From IMG/VR virus record IMGVR_UViG_3300027801_001565: a stretch of 64,000 nucleotides of DNA. One strand, 5' to 3'. Source of the stretch: a virus. Within the stretch, counting starts at the first letter, position 1; each line of letters opens with the position of its first letter. The notes beneath the pieces were generated by a model, which was given only the letters and a program-made list of their open reading frames with translations, had not been told where the DNA came from and ran no database searches. Position numbers and translations under genes: made by a program. Shown piece after piece: positions 16,710 to 25,442 of this stretch.

Positions 16710-19201
16710 GAAAATAAATCCTCTAATGTTGCCTGGGGTTCTGTGTTCCATCCAAGCGGTGATAAAATGTTAATTAACGGATCTAGGAATGCTTTCTGGA
16801 ATATTAAATCATAGTCCACATACCTGGAAACGTTAAACTCTTTAGGGAGAGTAGATATAAAGGCAATAGTGTTCTCATGTAGACTATTAGGTTCCTTTAG
16901 GTAAAGGAATTTAATCTTGTCACCTTCTTGTATCTTCTCATACCTCTTGCCTAACTTCTGCTCCTTAAGAAGGTTGTTGTACAACAACGCCCCTCGAACA
17001 TGTATAGGAGTTCCTTTAGCATATATGTCTGCTTGGCTCGTATACTTCGTTAGGTTATTACACCCTCTTGGAAATGCTATCTCCTCAGGGGTAAACTTTT
17101 TAAAATCCGTCTGTGTCTGTAAAATGTAATCTTGTAAAGTATCCTCATCACTAGTAAGAATAAGACGAACCGCCTCCTTTAAACTATCTCTAATAGGAGC
17201 AGGTGTCGAGGACCTTACAATCTCCAACCCCATAACCTTTAGCTTGGGTTCTTTAAGTCTCAGGCCTTCGTCATCTAGAACATTAAGTGCATAACGTTTC
17301 TTAGCAACAAATATGCCTTTGTCTGCTATAACCTCACGCTTAAAGTCTATCTTGTGTTCAAAGGCGTTAGTATAGTTGCCTAACTTTCTCATAGCATTAG
17401 CTATCGCAGGTTCTATCTTATCAGTACCTATCTGATCCAACAAGCCAACTACTTTTTCTGTAGATTTATCCGGAAAGAAATTATCAACAAGAGTCTTACA
17501 TGTAATATAACAAGAGTCAGTATCACTATAAAAGGAATACATTTCTTTCTCAGTACCACAAACCTTGTTCATGTATTCATCAAGAGCTTTAGCTGTGTCT
17601 CTGATAATCAACTGTCCTGACATTGTAATACCCTCTGCAATCCTATCATCATAGAATCTAAAGTACTGGTTAGCCATGGCGCCATATAAACTGTTTAACT
17701 GAATCTTACGAGCCATCTGGAAGTTGTTGTATTTAGCTATCTCATTCTGATAAACTTTAGCGCCTGTTTCCTGGAACTTCTTCTGTGCCTCCTGCATCAA
17801 CCTTTTATATTTCAAACGATCATTAAAGAAGGTTTGTACTAGCTCAGGCATAAAACCTTTCTTGTCTCGGGTGTAACAGGAACCGTTGCCTGCCATTGCC
17901 AAGTTCTTTTCCTTAAGTTTGTCTAACTTATACCTGTCCAACTGATCGTCCACTGTAACATCATAGCTAAACTCATGGGATATAGTCTCAGGACTCATAT
18001 TGTACTGCATAATAATTGAAGGATATAGACTTGTAGCATCAAAGCTAGCCACCCATTCATAACTCCCAGGCTTAGGCTCCTGTACATAAGCTCCCTCTAT
18101 CTGGGACTCCTTCCTACCACCACCCTGTCCAATTACAACTTTCTGTTTCCACAAATAATTATATATCAACGAGTCCCACAACCTAACAGGTGAAAATACA
18201 TCTCCAAAGTTACACTTGGCATCGTATGCCATAGTAAGAGCTAACTGAATAAGTCTCATCTTATCTTCTAACTCATCAACAAGGACTGTATCAATAATAT
18301 TGTATTCTACAAACCTATTCCAATCACCATCATAAAACTCTTTAAACGTGTCAAAGCCAGACTCTAGTTTTTTGTGTCCTAGTTCTGTTTGTGCAATAAA
18401 GTCTAGTTTGTAGGATTCACGGGTAACATAAGTAAACTTCTTATATAAGTCCAGATAATCTAACTGTGCAACACCTGTAATTTCATATGCTGTCATCTCA
18501 CGATTAGCAAATTTAATAGGACGTCTATTAACTAGTCCAAAAGGAGAATAACGTTTATGTTCGTTCTCACCTAATACACGTTCTGTCCTTGCAATAATAT
18601 AGGGTAAGTCAAACAAATTAGAGTTCCAACCTGTAATAACATCGGGACAATTATTCTCCCACCAAATAAGGAACTCTTGTATGAGATTCTTTTCGTCCTG
18701 GCAATTAATGTAGGTTACATCGAGATGTTTTGTAGCATCGCCTGGGACAAAATCCCCACAACCAAACGTTGTTATTTTCTTCGTGTTGTTATCTTGTAAT
18801 GTAATAAGTAACAAACGTTCGTCGGGCATATCTACGTTAGGGAATCCACCTTCTGATGATGTCTCAATATCAATCGAATAGATCAACATATCTTTAGCAT
18901 CCCACTCAATAGTGGCGGGGAACTTCTCCGTAATATATTGGTATGCGTAATAGTTTTGTCCAAATATAGGGAAGTTAGAAACTTCCTTGTATCTGTTAAA
19001 AAACTCTGTAGCTTCTTTGTTAGTCTCGAATTTAACAGGTGATACTAACTCACCATATATAGATTTATATTCTGAAGGTTTGTCAGATTTAACAAAAAGG
19101 GTAGGCCTAAAATCATGGCGTTCTGTGTAACGTTCACCGTTACGGATTCCTCGAGTTAGGACCTTATCCCCATAATGTCTGGCATATGTGTAAAAATTCA
19201 T
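16706..19201 (-). CDS. gp43: Family B DNA polymerase (T4 gp43-like)
   Basis: DIET exonuclease motif, SFDATSLYPS, KIQLNSLYG, SDTDS and KKRYAL. Confidence 0.98.
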   Translation of the reverse strand: MNFYTYARHYGDKVLTRGIRNGERYTERHDFRPTLFVKSDKPSEYKSIYGELVSPVKFETNKEATEFFNRYKEVSNFPIFGQNYYAYQYITEKFPATIEWDAKDMLIYSIDIETSSEGGFPNVDMPDERLLLITLQDNNTKKITTFGCGDFVPGDATKHLDVTYINCQDEKNLIQEFLIWWENNCPDVITGWNSNLFDLPYIIARTERVLGENEHKRYSPFGLVNRRPIKFANREMTAYEITGVAQLDYLDLYKKFTYVTRESYKLDFIAQTELGHKKLESGFDTFKEFYDGDWNRFVEYNIIDTVLVDELEDKMRLIQLALTMAYDAKCNFGDVFSPVRLWDSLIYNYLWKQKVVIGQGGGRKESQIEGAYVQEPKPGSYEWVASFDATSLYPSIIMQYNMSPETISHEFSYDVTVDDQLDRYKLDKLKEKNLAMAGNGSCYTRDKKGFMPELVQTFFNDRLKYKRLMQEAQKKFQETGAKVYQNEIAKYNNFQMARKIQLNSLYGAMANQYFRFYDDRIAEGITMSGQLIIRDTAKALDEYMNKVCGTEKEMYSFYSDTDSCYITCKTLVDNFFPDKSTEKVVGLLDQIGTDKIEPAIANAMRKLGNYTNAFEHKIDFKREVIADKGIFVAKKRYALNVLDDEGLRLKEPKLKVMGLEIVRSSTPAPIRDSLKEAVRLILTSDEDTLQDYILQTQTDFKKFTPEEIAFPRGCNNLTKYTSQADIYAKGTPIHVRGALLYNNLLKEQKLGKRYEKIQEGDKIKFLYLKEPNSLHENTIAFISTLPKEFNVSRYVDYDLIFQKAFLDPLINILSPLGWNTEPQATLEDLFS

Positions 19202-19233
19202 AATAAAAGTCTCATCTCAAATAATATAAAGTA

Positions 19234-19262
19234 AGTATAAGCTCTTACGAAGCTAAAGTCTA
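19234..19262 (-). promoter_or_regulatory. Sigma70-type promoter with AGAG motif (gp43)
   Basis: TAGACT-N11-AGAG-CT-TATACT. Confidence 0.7.
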
Positions 19263-19284
19263 CCTAAAGTAGACTTGTTTGGTA

Positions 19285-19767
19285 CTATGCCATTTTAGCA
19301 ACAGCAGCATCATAGTCTTCTTGACTTACGACACCTTCTGCCAACAACCTTGCTCTATTTACTTCATGTGCTGCTTGAGTCTCTTCTTTTGAACCACCAA
19401 AGTAAGGAACACAATGTCCTTCTTCTGTAAGAATCTCAGTTACTTTTTTCATTTCGCCGTTGTACTCTACTTTAAAGTCTCCTAAGATCCTTCCAAACTT
19501 GCCTTTCATATCTTCGCCATGTTTGTCTTCAGTAGTAATAAGTCTGCCACCATTCTTCATTAGCTCTTTTAAACGTGCTTTGGCTGCTTCGCCAAATACG
19601 TCTTCTACTCTATCACTTGTGCGTGACTCTGGAGTATCAATACCCATGATGCGAACACGTTCATCGTTTAAACTGACGCCAAAGCCTAAATCAATATCAA
19701 CGTCAACGGTATCACCATCAACTACTTTAATTACTACTACGTCATATTCGTTATTTTTCATACTCAT
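19285..19767 (-). CDS. Thermonuclease (SNase) family nuclease
   Basis: KVVDGDTV, RIMGIDTPE and GKFGRILG. Confidence 0.9.
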   Translation of the reverse strand: MSMKNNEYDVVVIKVVDGDTVDVDIDLGFGVSLNDERVRIMGIDTPESRTSDRVEDVFGEAAKARLKELMKNGGRLITTEDKHGEDMKGKFGRILGDFKVEYNGEMKKVTEILTEEGHCVPYFGGSKEETQAAHEVNRARLLAEGVVSQEDYDAAVAKMA

Positions 19768-20102
19768 ATTTTTGTCGAGGCCTCGTTTAGAATTTTTTTG
19801 TTAATAAATTCGGGTTGGATTATTTTACTGAATTGCTGGTTGTATGACTTAAGCATTTCACTGCCTGGATCGTAAATTGATACGACATGATTTGGGAATA
19901 CAGGAACTTTATGATCCTTTGCAAACGGTGCGTAAGGAGCGAGCCCTACACCAAAGTCTGTTTCGCTACCTGGCTTAGGCATCATCATAATAATAGCGGG
20001 TTTGTTTATAATCAAAAACGCTCTTCCTTCTACTTCAAGTTCCTCGACATCGCCAATGATGTCTTCGCCTGTGGTTAGTTTAACAATTTGTATATTTGGC
20101 AT
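19764..20102 (-). CDS. Conserved T4-like hypothetical protein (Sm-like fold)
   Basis: IVKLTTGEDIIG N-terminus, typical of the protein between hsp20 and gp43. Confidence 0.65.
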   Translation of the reverse strand: MPNIQIVKLTTGEDIIGDVEELEVEGRAFLIINKPAIIMMMPKPGSETDFGVGLAPYAPFAKDHKVPVFPNHVVSIYDPGSEMLKSYNQQFSKIIQPEFINKKILNEASTKI

Positions 20103-20120
20103 AGGGTTCTCCTTATTTAA

Positions 20121-20567
20121 TTATGTAATTTTGATCTCTTGAGGTTTCTTTTCCTCAGGGATCTCTCTTTTTAGTGCAATTAGCAACATGCCATCTGTGA
20201 ACTCACCGCCAAGTACTTTGACTTCTTCAGCCAATGCAAATGTACGAGTGAAGTTTCTAGCTCCGATGCCTTTGTGATAATACTCTGGTTCATCTTCTTC
20301 TCGGTTTTGTACACCTTGAACTACCAGTTTGTTACCTTCAGGAACAAGATGAATATTGAACTCGTCTTTTCTGAAACCAGCTGCTGCTATTTCAATAGAA
20401 AAATGATCTTTGTCTTGTTTGATAATATTATAGGGAGGATAATTATGAGCGATATCTGAAACTGTGTTTAGATTTGCTAGTACCTTATCGAACCCTATTG
20501 CGAATGGACTAATTCTGTTAAAAATATCGTCCACATGTGATGTGTTGAATTTATGTTCTGCTACCAT
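20121..20567 (-). CDS. hsp20: Small heat shock protein Hsp20 (IbpA-like)
   Basis: NYPPYNI, IAAAGF, HKGIGARNFTRTFAL, GML and IPEEKKPQEIKI. Confidence 0.95.
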   Translation of the reverse strand: MVAEHKFNTSHVDDIFNRISPFAIGFDKVLANLNTVSDIAHNYPPYNIIKQDKDHFSIEIAAAGFRKDEFNIHLVPEGNKLVVQGVQNREEDEPEYYHKGIGARNFTRTFALAEEVKVLGGEFTDGMLLIALKREIPEEKKPQEIKIT

Positions 20568-20622
20568 GTTGTTTCTCCTTTAATAAGCAAGTTAATAAAT
20601 TATATACCCTTACGGCGTATAC
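20568..20622 (-). promoter_or_regulatory. ROSE-like RNA thermometer in hsp20 5'UTR
   Basis: 5' hairpin TATACGCC-GTAA-GGGTATA, then CTTGCTT-ATT-AAAGGAG, where UUGCU pairs with the SD leaving a bulged G. Confidence 0.6.
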
Positions 20623-20627
20623 AGTTT

Positions 20628-20635
20628 TATTTATA
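20628..20635 (-). promoter_or_regulatory. T4-type late promoter (hsp20)
   Basis: Intergenic TATAAATA. Confidence 0.7.
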
Positions 20636-20675
20636 CAACATAACCGCCTTACATATAGTCTTTGGGTGAATTATT

Positions 20676-20780
20676 TTAATTAAAAGCTTCGTGTCCTTCA
20701 AAATACATCTGTATTATTACATATACGGCTGTATTAGCAAAGATAAGAATTCCGTACATTATGTACCCTTGCATAATCAT
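20676..20780 (-). CDS. 34-aa single-TM peptide
   Basis: MIMQGYIMYGILIFANTAVYVIIQMYFEGHEAFN; ATGA-coupled to the monooxygenase stop. Confidence 0.5.
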   Translation of the reverse strand: MIMQGYIMYGILIFANTAVYVIIQMYFEGHEAFN

Positions 20781-20781
20781 C
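20742..20781. repeat. 40-bp direct repeat, copy A
   Basis: 38/40 identical to 22180..22219. Confidence 0.9.
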
Positions 20782-22030
20782 GTTGAGCTTGAAGATTATT
20801 ATAACCTTCATCATCTAAATGTGTAATAGCAAGCCAGGCATGAGTCATTTCATCTCCTGTCCTACTACCGCCCATTACCCACATATCTGGATCTGGATTG
20901 TTTGGATTGTTTTCTGTGTTGTCGTACCACTGCTTCAATACAATAACTGCTCCAGCCGGTATAAGTGGTGCTACGTCTGGATCGTACAAATGACTGTGGT
21001 GCCATGTTGCACTCCAATTACTTACTTGGCTAATCTGTTCTGTTTGTCCTGTCTCAGGATAGAATATTTCCAAACTTGCTGCGTTCATACGCAAGTGTCC
21101 GTGTGGTTGAAAACTATCTAGTCTAACTGGATGATCAAAACTGTGGAAGCCTTGTGTCATGTAATAGCCGTTGGGTGGAATAGTAATATCGTCCTGGTCT
21201 CCTAGGCGATATAAACTCAAGTCTTGTTTGTATTTCAGTTCTTGGCTTTCCTCTTCGGTGTATAACCAAAGACCAATCTCCACTACGTTGTCTCGAATAA
21301 CTGATCCTGGTGCCATTGCTCCAAGTCCACCGGGGAACATATGAATGTCCCATGCTACTTCTGCGTTTGCTGGTATAGTACGACATACTCCTTGTGGTAC
21401 TATTTCTCCCCACTTTCCCATAGCATACTCAGTTAGCATTCCTTGTCTGCCTCCCTCAGTAATAATACTTGAGTTAGCATGATGTACTACTGATTTTGCA
21501 TCGCCACGTGGTTTAACTTGTACTGCTTTAATGCAACGGTCTTCACTTAGTCCTGTTGGAACATTGTGCTTGTGCCACAAGTCGTTACCGCTTGCTGGAA
21601 TGTCAATTGCAACACTGGCAATAATTGCGTCCGGTGCTCCAAAGTCTTCTTCAAAACTCCATGCTTCTGGATCACGCAAATTTACTGGCTGTACTACCTT
21701 GTCTGGATCTCCATAACTTGCTCCGTTATCCACCCACTCAACCACTGTGTCTATGTCTTTTTGTGATAAGCGCCAATCACCTTGTAGGTCTTGAATTCCA
21801 ATACCGTGGTCATACGCATATGGCGGCATTTCTCTTTTCATTACTTTAAGTGATATTAATGGTGCCCAAGGGCGTACTTGCTCGTATGTTTCAAAGCTCA
21901 TTGGCCCGATGCCGCCGGTGCGATGACACACTACACAGTTATCGTTGATGATAGCTGCTACTTCGTTAGTATATGTTTGTGCTGATAGTGTTATAGGTAA
22001 TAATGATAATATTAAGAATAGTTTGTTCAT
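20777..22030 (-). CDS. Secreted cytochrome c - copper type II (PHM/DBH-like) monooxygenase fusion
   Basis: Signal peptide, CVVCH heme motif, VVHHAN (CuH), and PHGHLR plus DEM (CuM) ligands. Confidence 0.8.
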   Translation of the reverse strand: MNKLFLILSLLPITLSAQTYTNEVAAIINDNCVVCHRTGGIGPMSFETYEQVRPWAPLISLKVMKREMPPYAYDHGIGIQDLQGDWRLSQKDIDTVVEWVDNGASYGDPDKVVQPVNLRDPEAWSFEEDFGAPDAIIASVAIDIPASGNDLWHKHNVPTGLSEDRCIKAVQVKPRGDAKSVVHHANSSIITEGGRQGMLTEYAMGKWGEIVPQGVCRTIPANAEVAWDIHMFPGGLGAMAPGSVIRDNVVEIGLWLYTEEESQELKYKQDLSLYRLGDQDDITIPPNGYYMTQGFHSFDHPVRLDSFQPHGHLRMNAASLEIFYPETGQTEQISQVSNWSATWHHSHLYDPDVAPLIPAGAVIVLKQWYDNTENNPNNPDPDMWVMGGSRTGDEMTHAWLAITHLDDEGYNNLQAQR

Positions 22031-22060
22031 ATTAGAACCCTCTTGTTTAACTATTATAAA

Positions 22061-22068
22061 TATTTATA
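22061..22068 (-). promoter_or_regulatory. T4-type late promoter (monooxygenase), within palindrome TATAAATATTTATA
   Basis: TATAAATA 30 nt upstream of the ATG at 22030. Confidence 0.65.
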
Positions 22069-22128
22069 GTACTGAGTGGCACAAATTGAGGGGTTTAGAG
22101 CTAATGTTACAATTAATTACATTTGAAC

Positions 22129-22218
22129 TTAGGTAGTAGTTTCTGTGAATTCAACTACTAGTGTTGAGCTGTGTCCTTTGATAAGAATTCCATACATTAT
22201 GTAACCTTGCATAATCAT
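22129..22218 (-). pseudogene. Truncated/deleted copy of the 34-aa TM peptide
   Basis: MIMQGYIMYGILI-KGH...: first 13 aa are identical, and the TM core FANTAVYVIIQMYF is missing. Confidence 0.5.
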
Positions 22219-22219
22219 C
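22180..22219. repeat. 40-bp direct repeat, copy B
   Basis: 38/40 identical to 20742..20781. Confidence 0.9.
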
Positions 22220-22952
22220 TCTCAGATATCTCCTGCTTTGGTAAATATTTTTGCCATTGTAGTGGGACATTGCCTGTATTATACCATGCACCAAGATGCT
22301 GCTTGAACATATCAAGATCATATGGGCCGGCTCTAAACCAAATATTGGCTGCTATTTTTTCGCCTGATGTTACTACGTCTGCTGAATGTAACGAGTGAGG
22401 ATTTGGAAATGCCTGACTAGGATTGGTGTTTTCAAAGAATATTGCTGTTCCTTGCTTTGGTTTTATAGACTTTCCTACATGTTTAAATGTTGTATTTCCT
22501 CCTTCGAAGTCATCATTCAAATATAACAATCCTGTAAGTATTCTATTACCTGCCTGTTTAAAGAATGGATCATTACTCTCAGGATTAAACGCATCCATGT
22601 GGCCGTCGTAGAACTCTCCCTCGTTGTATTTAACTAATTGTAAACCTTCTGCTTGGAATTTTTCCATTCTTGTAACTGCACAAGCTCTAGCCCTGAATGT
22701 ATCGGCCCATCCATGATATCCATATCCTGATATATGGTTTGTTCTTCCAGGGTGTGCCTCCTCGGAGCCTTTCTCAAGTACAGCACCTTTTCGCCAAGCT
22801 GCGTTATCTTCTATCTCTATAAGTGCCCGTTCACATTCCTCTGGACTAAACAAGTTTGACACCATGAATATGGTAGGATTAAAATAGTTTATAGTGCTAA
22901 ATTCATAAGTATTGCCGTTAGAAACGGTCTTCATCATTAAGTCTTCATTCAT
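22215..22952 (-). CDS. 2OG-Fe(II) oxygenase, prolyl 4-hydroxylase-like
   Basis: EGLQLVKY, HMD, RILTGLLYLNDDFEGGNT, and LH...GEKIAANIWFR. Confidence 0.9.
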   Translation of the reverse strand: MNEDLMMKTVSNGNTYEFSTINYFNPTIFMVSNLFSPEECERALIEIEDNAAWRKGAVLEKGSEEAHPGRTNHISGYGYHGWADTFRARACAVTRMEKFQAEGLQLVKYNEGEFYDGHMDAFNPESNDPFFKQAGNRILTGLLYLNDDFEGGNTTFKHVGKSIKPKQGTAIFFENTNPSQAFPNPHSLHSADVVTSGEKIAANIWFRAGPYDLDMFKQHLGAWYNTGNVPLQWQKYLPKQEISER

Positions 22953-24214
22953 AATATATTTCCAAATGTTTCAAAGAAGTTTGTTCCTCTTCGCCTATCG
23001 TGTTCTGTAGTAAATGTCCAAAAGTCTTTTCTGTGTTTAACTAGTTCTTCACCTTTGAATCTGTTAGATGTTATCCATCCAACTGTTTTCTCAAATTTTT
23101 CAATCTCCGATGTATTAAATACATCATGATCCTTCATCTGCGTTATACAATTCTCCATAATACTTATATGAGCATCGTCTGCAATTTGTGCTGAAAGGTG
23201 AGATGGTTCTACCATAAATGGCATGTCTACGGTAATTAGATCACCATAATTATTTTTAAGCTCTGCCATTTTGTCAATAAAAAGATGCGTCTTGGGTATT
23301 GATAGGAAGTTGTATGTATTCATTATCCCTACAGATACTCCTGAGTCCAATACAGCGTGTAAGTTATCCTCAAAGTGTTTAATATCCAATCCGTTTCTAA
23401 TATACTCTGCCTGCTTACCCCACGAATCTATACTGACATATAATTTTGCATCAGGGATGTCTTTGACTAAATCTATATATCTTAGTACTCTCTTTTTAGA
23501 CACCATAAGATTAGAGTTACAATGAAATGTTAATCCTTCTTTAGGGTGTTCTTTCACATACTGGAGTAACCTATATGTGTTCTTATCTAATAAAGGCTCA
23601 CCTCCTGTAACTCTAAGAACAAATAAATGCTCATATGCCTTTGGAAACCACTCCCAGAACTTTTTGACATAGGGAGAGTTTTCTATTTGAGGTGTATGAA
23701 TCAAATTGTAATCTGATGCTAGTAGCTTATATGGACCATGCTCTTGTATTTCCTTTTCCCATGTAGTGCTAAATACAGGACCACAGTAACTACATGCCAT
23801 TTGACATTTATTAGTGAATGATATTTCTAAATATTTAGGGTAAACATAAGACGTTCCAGCAGCTACAGCTTTTAGGTCTATGAGGTTATCGTGTGTAAAA
23901 AACTGTCCTGCTAAAGTCATCCTATCTGATCTTAGGCCTAGATCCTCTACGTCCCAACAATAAGAGCAGTTTTTAGGGCGTTCACCTGCAAGCATTTGTC
24001 TCCTCTCTTCTATCTTTTGAGGAGTGTTGTGTAAGTCGGAATCTAAAGGTATCAGATGCGTTGGGTTATGGTAACAGGAGTGTGCCCTGCCATTGCCTAA
24101 GTGCATTTCTTGATGATACCACTTTAAGACGCAAAAGCCTTTTCCGACGGTATCTAGTTTCGATTGTATTAAGTCGAGGACTTCTATCTGGTTTTTATTT
24201 AACTTTTTTTCCAA
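22949..24214 (-). CDS. Radical SAM protein with N-terminal twitch/SPASM-like Cys cluster
   Basis: CQMACSYC, TGGEPLL, and N-terminal FC...SCYH...CSYCW. Confidence 0.9.
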   Translation of the reverse strand: MEKKLNKNQIEVLDLIQSKLDTVGKGFCVLKWYHQEMHLGNGRAHSCYHNPTHLIPLDSDLHNTPQKIEERRQMLAGERPKNCSYCWDVEDLGLRSDRMTLAGQFFTHDNLIDLKAVAAGTSYVYPKYLEISFTNKCQMACSYCGPVFSTTWEKEIQEHGPYKLLASDYNLIHTPQIENSPYVKKFWEWFPKAYEHLFVLRVTGGEPLLDKNTYRLLQYVKEHPKEGLTFHCNSNLMVSKKRVLRYIDLVKDIPDAKLYVSIDSWGKQAEYIRNGLDIKHFEDNLHAVLDSGVSVGIMNTYNFLSIPKTHLFIDKMAELKNNYGDLITVDMPFMVEPSHLSAQIADDAHISIMENCITQMKDHDVFNTSEIEKFEKTVGWITSNRFKGEELVKHRKDFWTFTTEHDRRRGTNFFETFGNIL

Positions 24215-24614
24215 TATTGTACTTTGGAACTAAGTTCCATTCCCCTTTTTCTTTAAACGCTATTATTTTAATCTGAGATAGTGGAGCGTAGTCCTCTACC
24301 TGTGTGATTAAATTAACGAGCCCCCAATCGCCAAGCAATTTGGCAATGGTGTTTCGTCTGTGAATATCGTTCTCTTGGAAATCAGCTGCCTTACCATCCA
24401 ATGCAAAAAGTTCTTTAAAGTGTGTTATAAAGTATCTTCCTTTCTTGTGTAGTATATGACACGACTGATATAGCACCTGTTCTTTTTTCGATGCTACTCC
24501 AATACGAGATAAAGTTTCCCTAACCTTCAGAAAATCTTCTGGGTCTTTTAAGGAAACTTCTAAAGGTTCGTACCCTGGAAAGTCAATGTTAAAGTAATTC
24601 TCTTGATCACTCAT
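24195..24614 (-). CDS. regA: Translational repressor RegA
   Basis: FLKVRETLSRIGVAS, LYQSCHILHKKGRYFITHFKELFALDG and LVPKYNIG. Confidence 0.97.
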   Translation of the reverse strand: MSDQENYFNIDFPGYEPLEVSLKDPEDFLKVRETLSRIGVASKKEQVLYQSCHILHKKGRYFITHFKELFALDGKAADFQENDIHRRNTIAKLLGDWGLVNLITQVEDYAPLSQIKIIAFKEKGEWNLVPKYNIGKKVK

Positions 24615-24662
24615 TCAATTCGCCTATATGTTTAATTATATAATTTACTTATATAGACTTAT

Positions 24663-25124
24663 TTATATCTTTCCGCCTTTTGATGTATTCACATATAATC
24701 TAATCTGTTCTAAATCAGTTTCTGATAAAAGTCTTAGCGCTTCCTTAGCTTTCATAAAACTATACCCAAAAAACTTCTGTACTACTTCTATATTCTCTTC
24801 TTCAGTTTTTAACCATTTACTGTATCGTTTAGACTTTCGTATAACTGAGGATAAGAAGTCAAACTGTAATTTATTGTCCAGGTGAGGCCTAGCGTTCATC
24901 TCGTTACCAGCTATAACCGTATCTTTACCAAACCCCATAGAGCGATTAACAATAAAGGGATTATATTCCTTCTCTGTAGTTTCGTCTACTATGAGGTTTT
25001 CTTTAGTGTAGTTAATTGCATTAGCAAAGTCGAATGGAGAGATCTTTTTACGTTTTGTAACGAAGTCTTCTTCATTAACGTCTACGACAGGATCTCCAAA
25101 ACCTTCTAAAATTGAATCTACCAT
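24663..25124 (-). CDS. gp62: Clamp loader small subunit
   Basis: YNPFIVNRSM, QFDFL...RKSKRYSKW and GYSFMKAKEAL; sits between gp44 and regA. Confidence 0.9.
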   Translation of the reverse strand: MVDSILEGFGDPVVDVNEEDFVTKRKKISPFDFANAINYTKENLIVDETTEKEYNPFIVNRSMGFGKDTVIAGNEMNARPHLDNKLQFDFLSSVIRKSKRYSKWLKTEEENIEVVQKFFGYSFMKAKEALRLLSETDLEQIRLYVNTSKGGKI

Positions 25125-25306
25125 TGGTGTAATACTCCTGCACATATAAAGAAGCATGTAATAAAGTTAACCATAACGACTATTGTTCTCATTACAGCTA
25201 CTGCATCTGCGTCTTTAGTATTATCTGATGCTTTGTCGCCTAACGACTTCGCCCACAATTTCCATAGTCTAGTTAAAGCCAAAATCATTATCCTTCGAGT
25301 CCTCAT
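25118..25306 (-). CDS. Small membrane protein
   Basis: LWKLWAKSLGDKA...DAVAVMRT plus a TM helix. The start may be at 25288. Confidence 0.6.
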   Translation of the reverse strand: MRTRRIMILALTRLWKLWAKSLGDKASDNTKDADAVAVMRTIVVMVNFITCFFICAGVLHQW

Positions 25307-25442
25307 AACACTTCATAAGCATCTGCGAAAGTGTTAAATTTAATCCTTTAGCTCTTTCCTGCATTTCTTTCTTTTTTGTAGGAGTTGCCCTTACATGTAT
25401 CTGTAATGTCTTTGCTTCGGAGGGTGTTTTCTGTTTTGTCAT
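25269..25442 (-). CDS. Small ribbon-helix-helix-like DNA-binding protein
   Basis: LQIHVRAT...ERAKGLNLTLSQML pattern; GGAG SD. Confidence 0.55.
   Translation of the reverse strand: MTKQKTPSEAKTLQIHVRATPTKKKEMQERAKGLNLTLSQMLMKCYEDSKDNDFGFN

Noticed and set aside
22103-22123. GTAAT-N5-GTAAC, resembling a CpxR/OmpR-family box upstream of the monooxygenase
   Set aside because: It is a short AT-rich match expected by chance in this genome, and no linked sigma70 promoter was identified.
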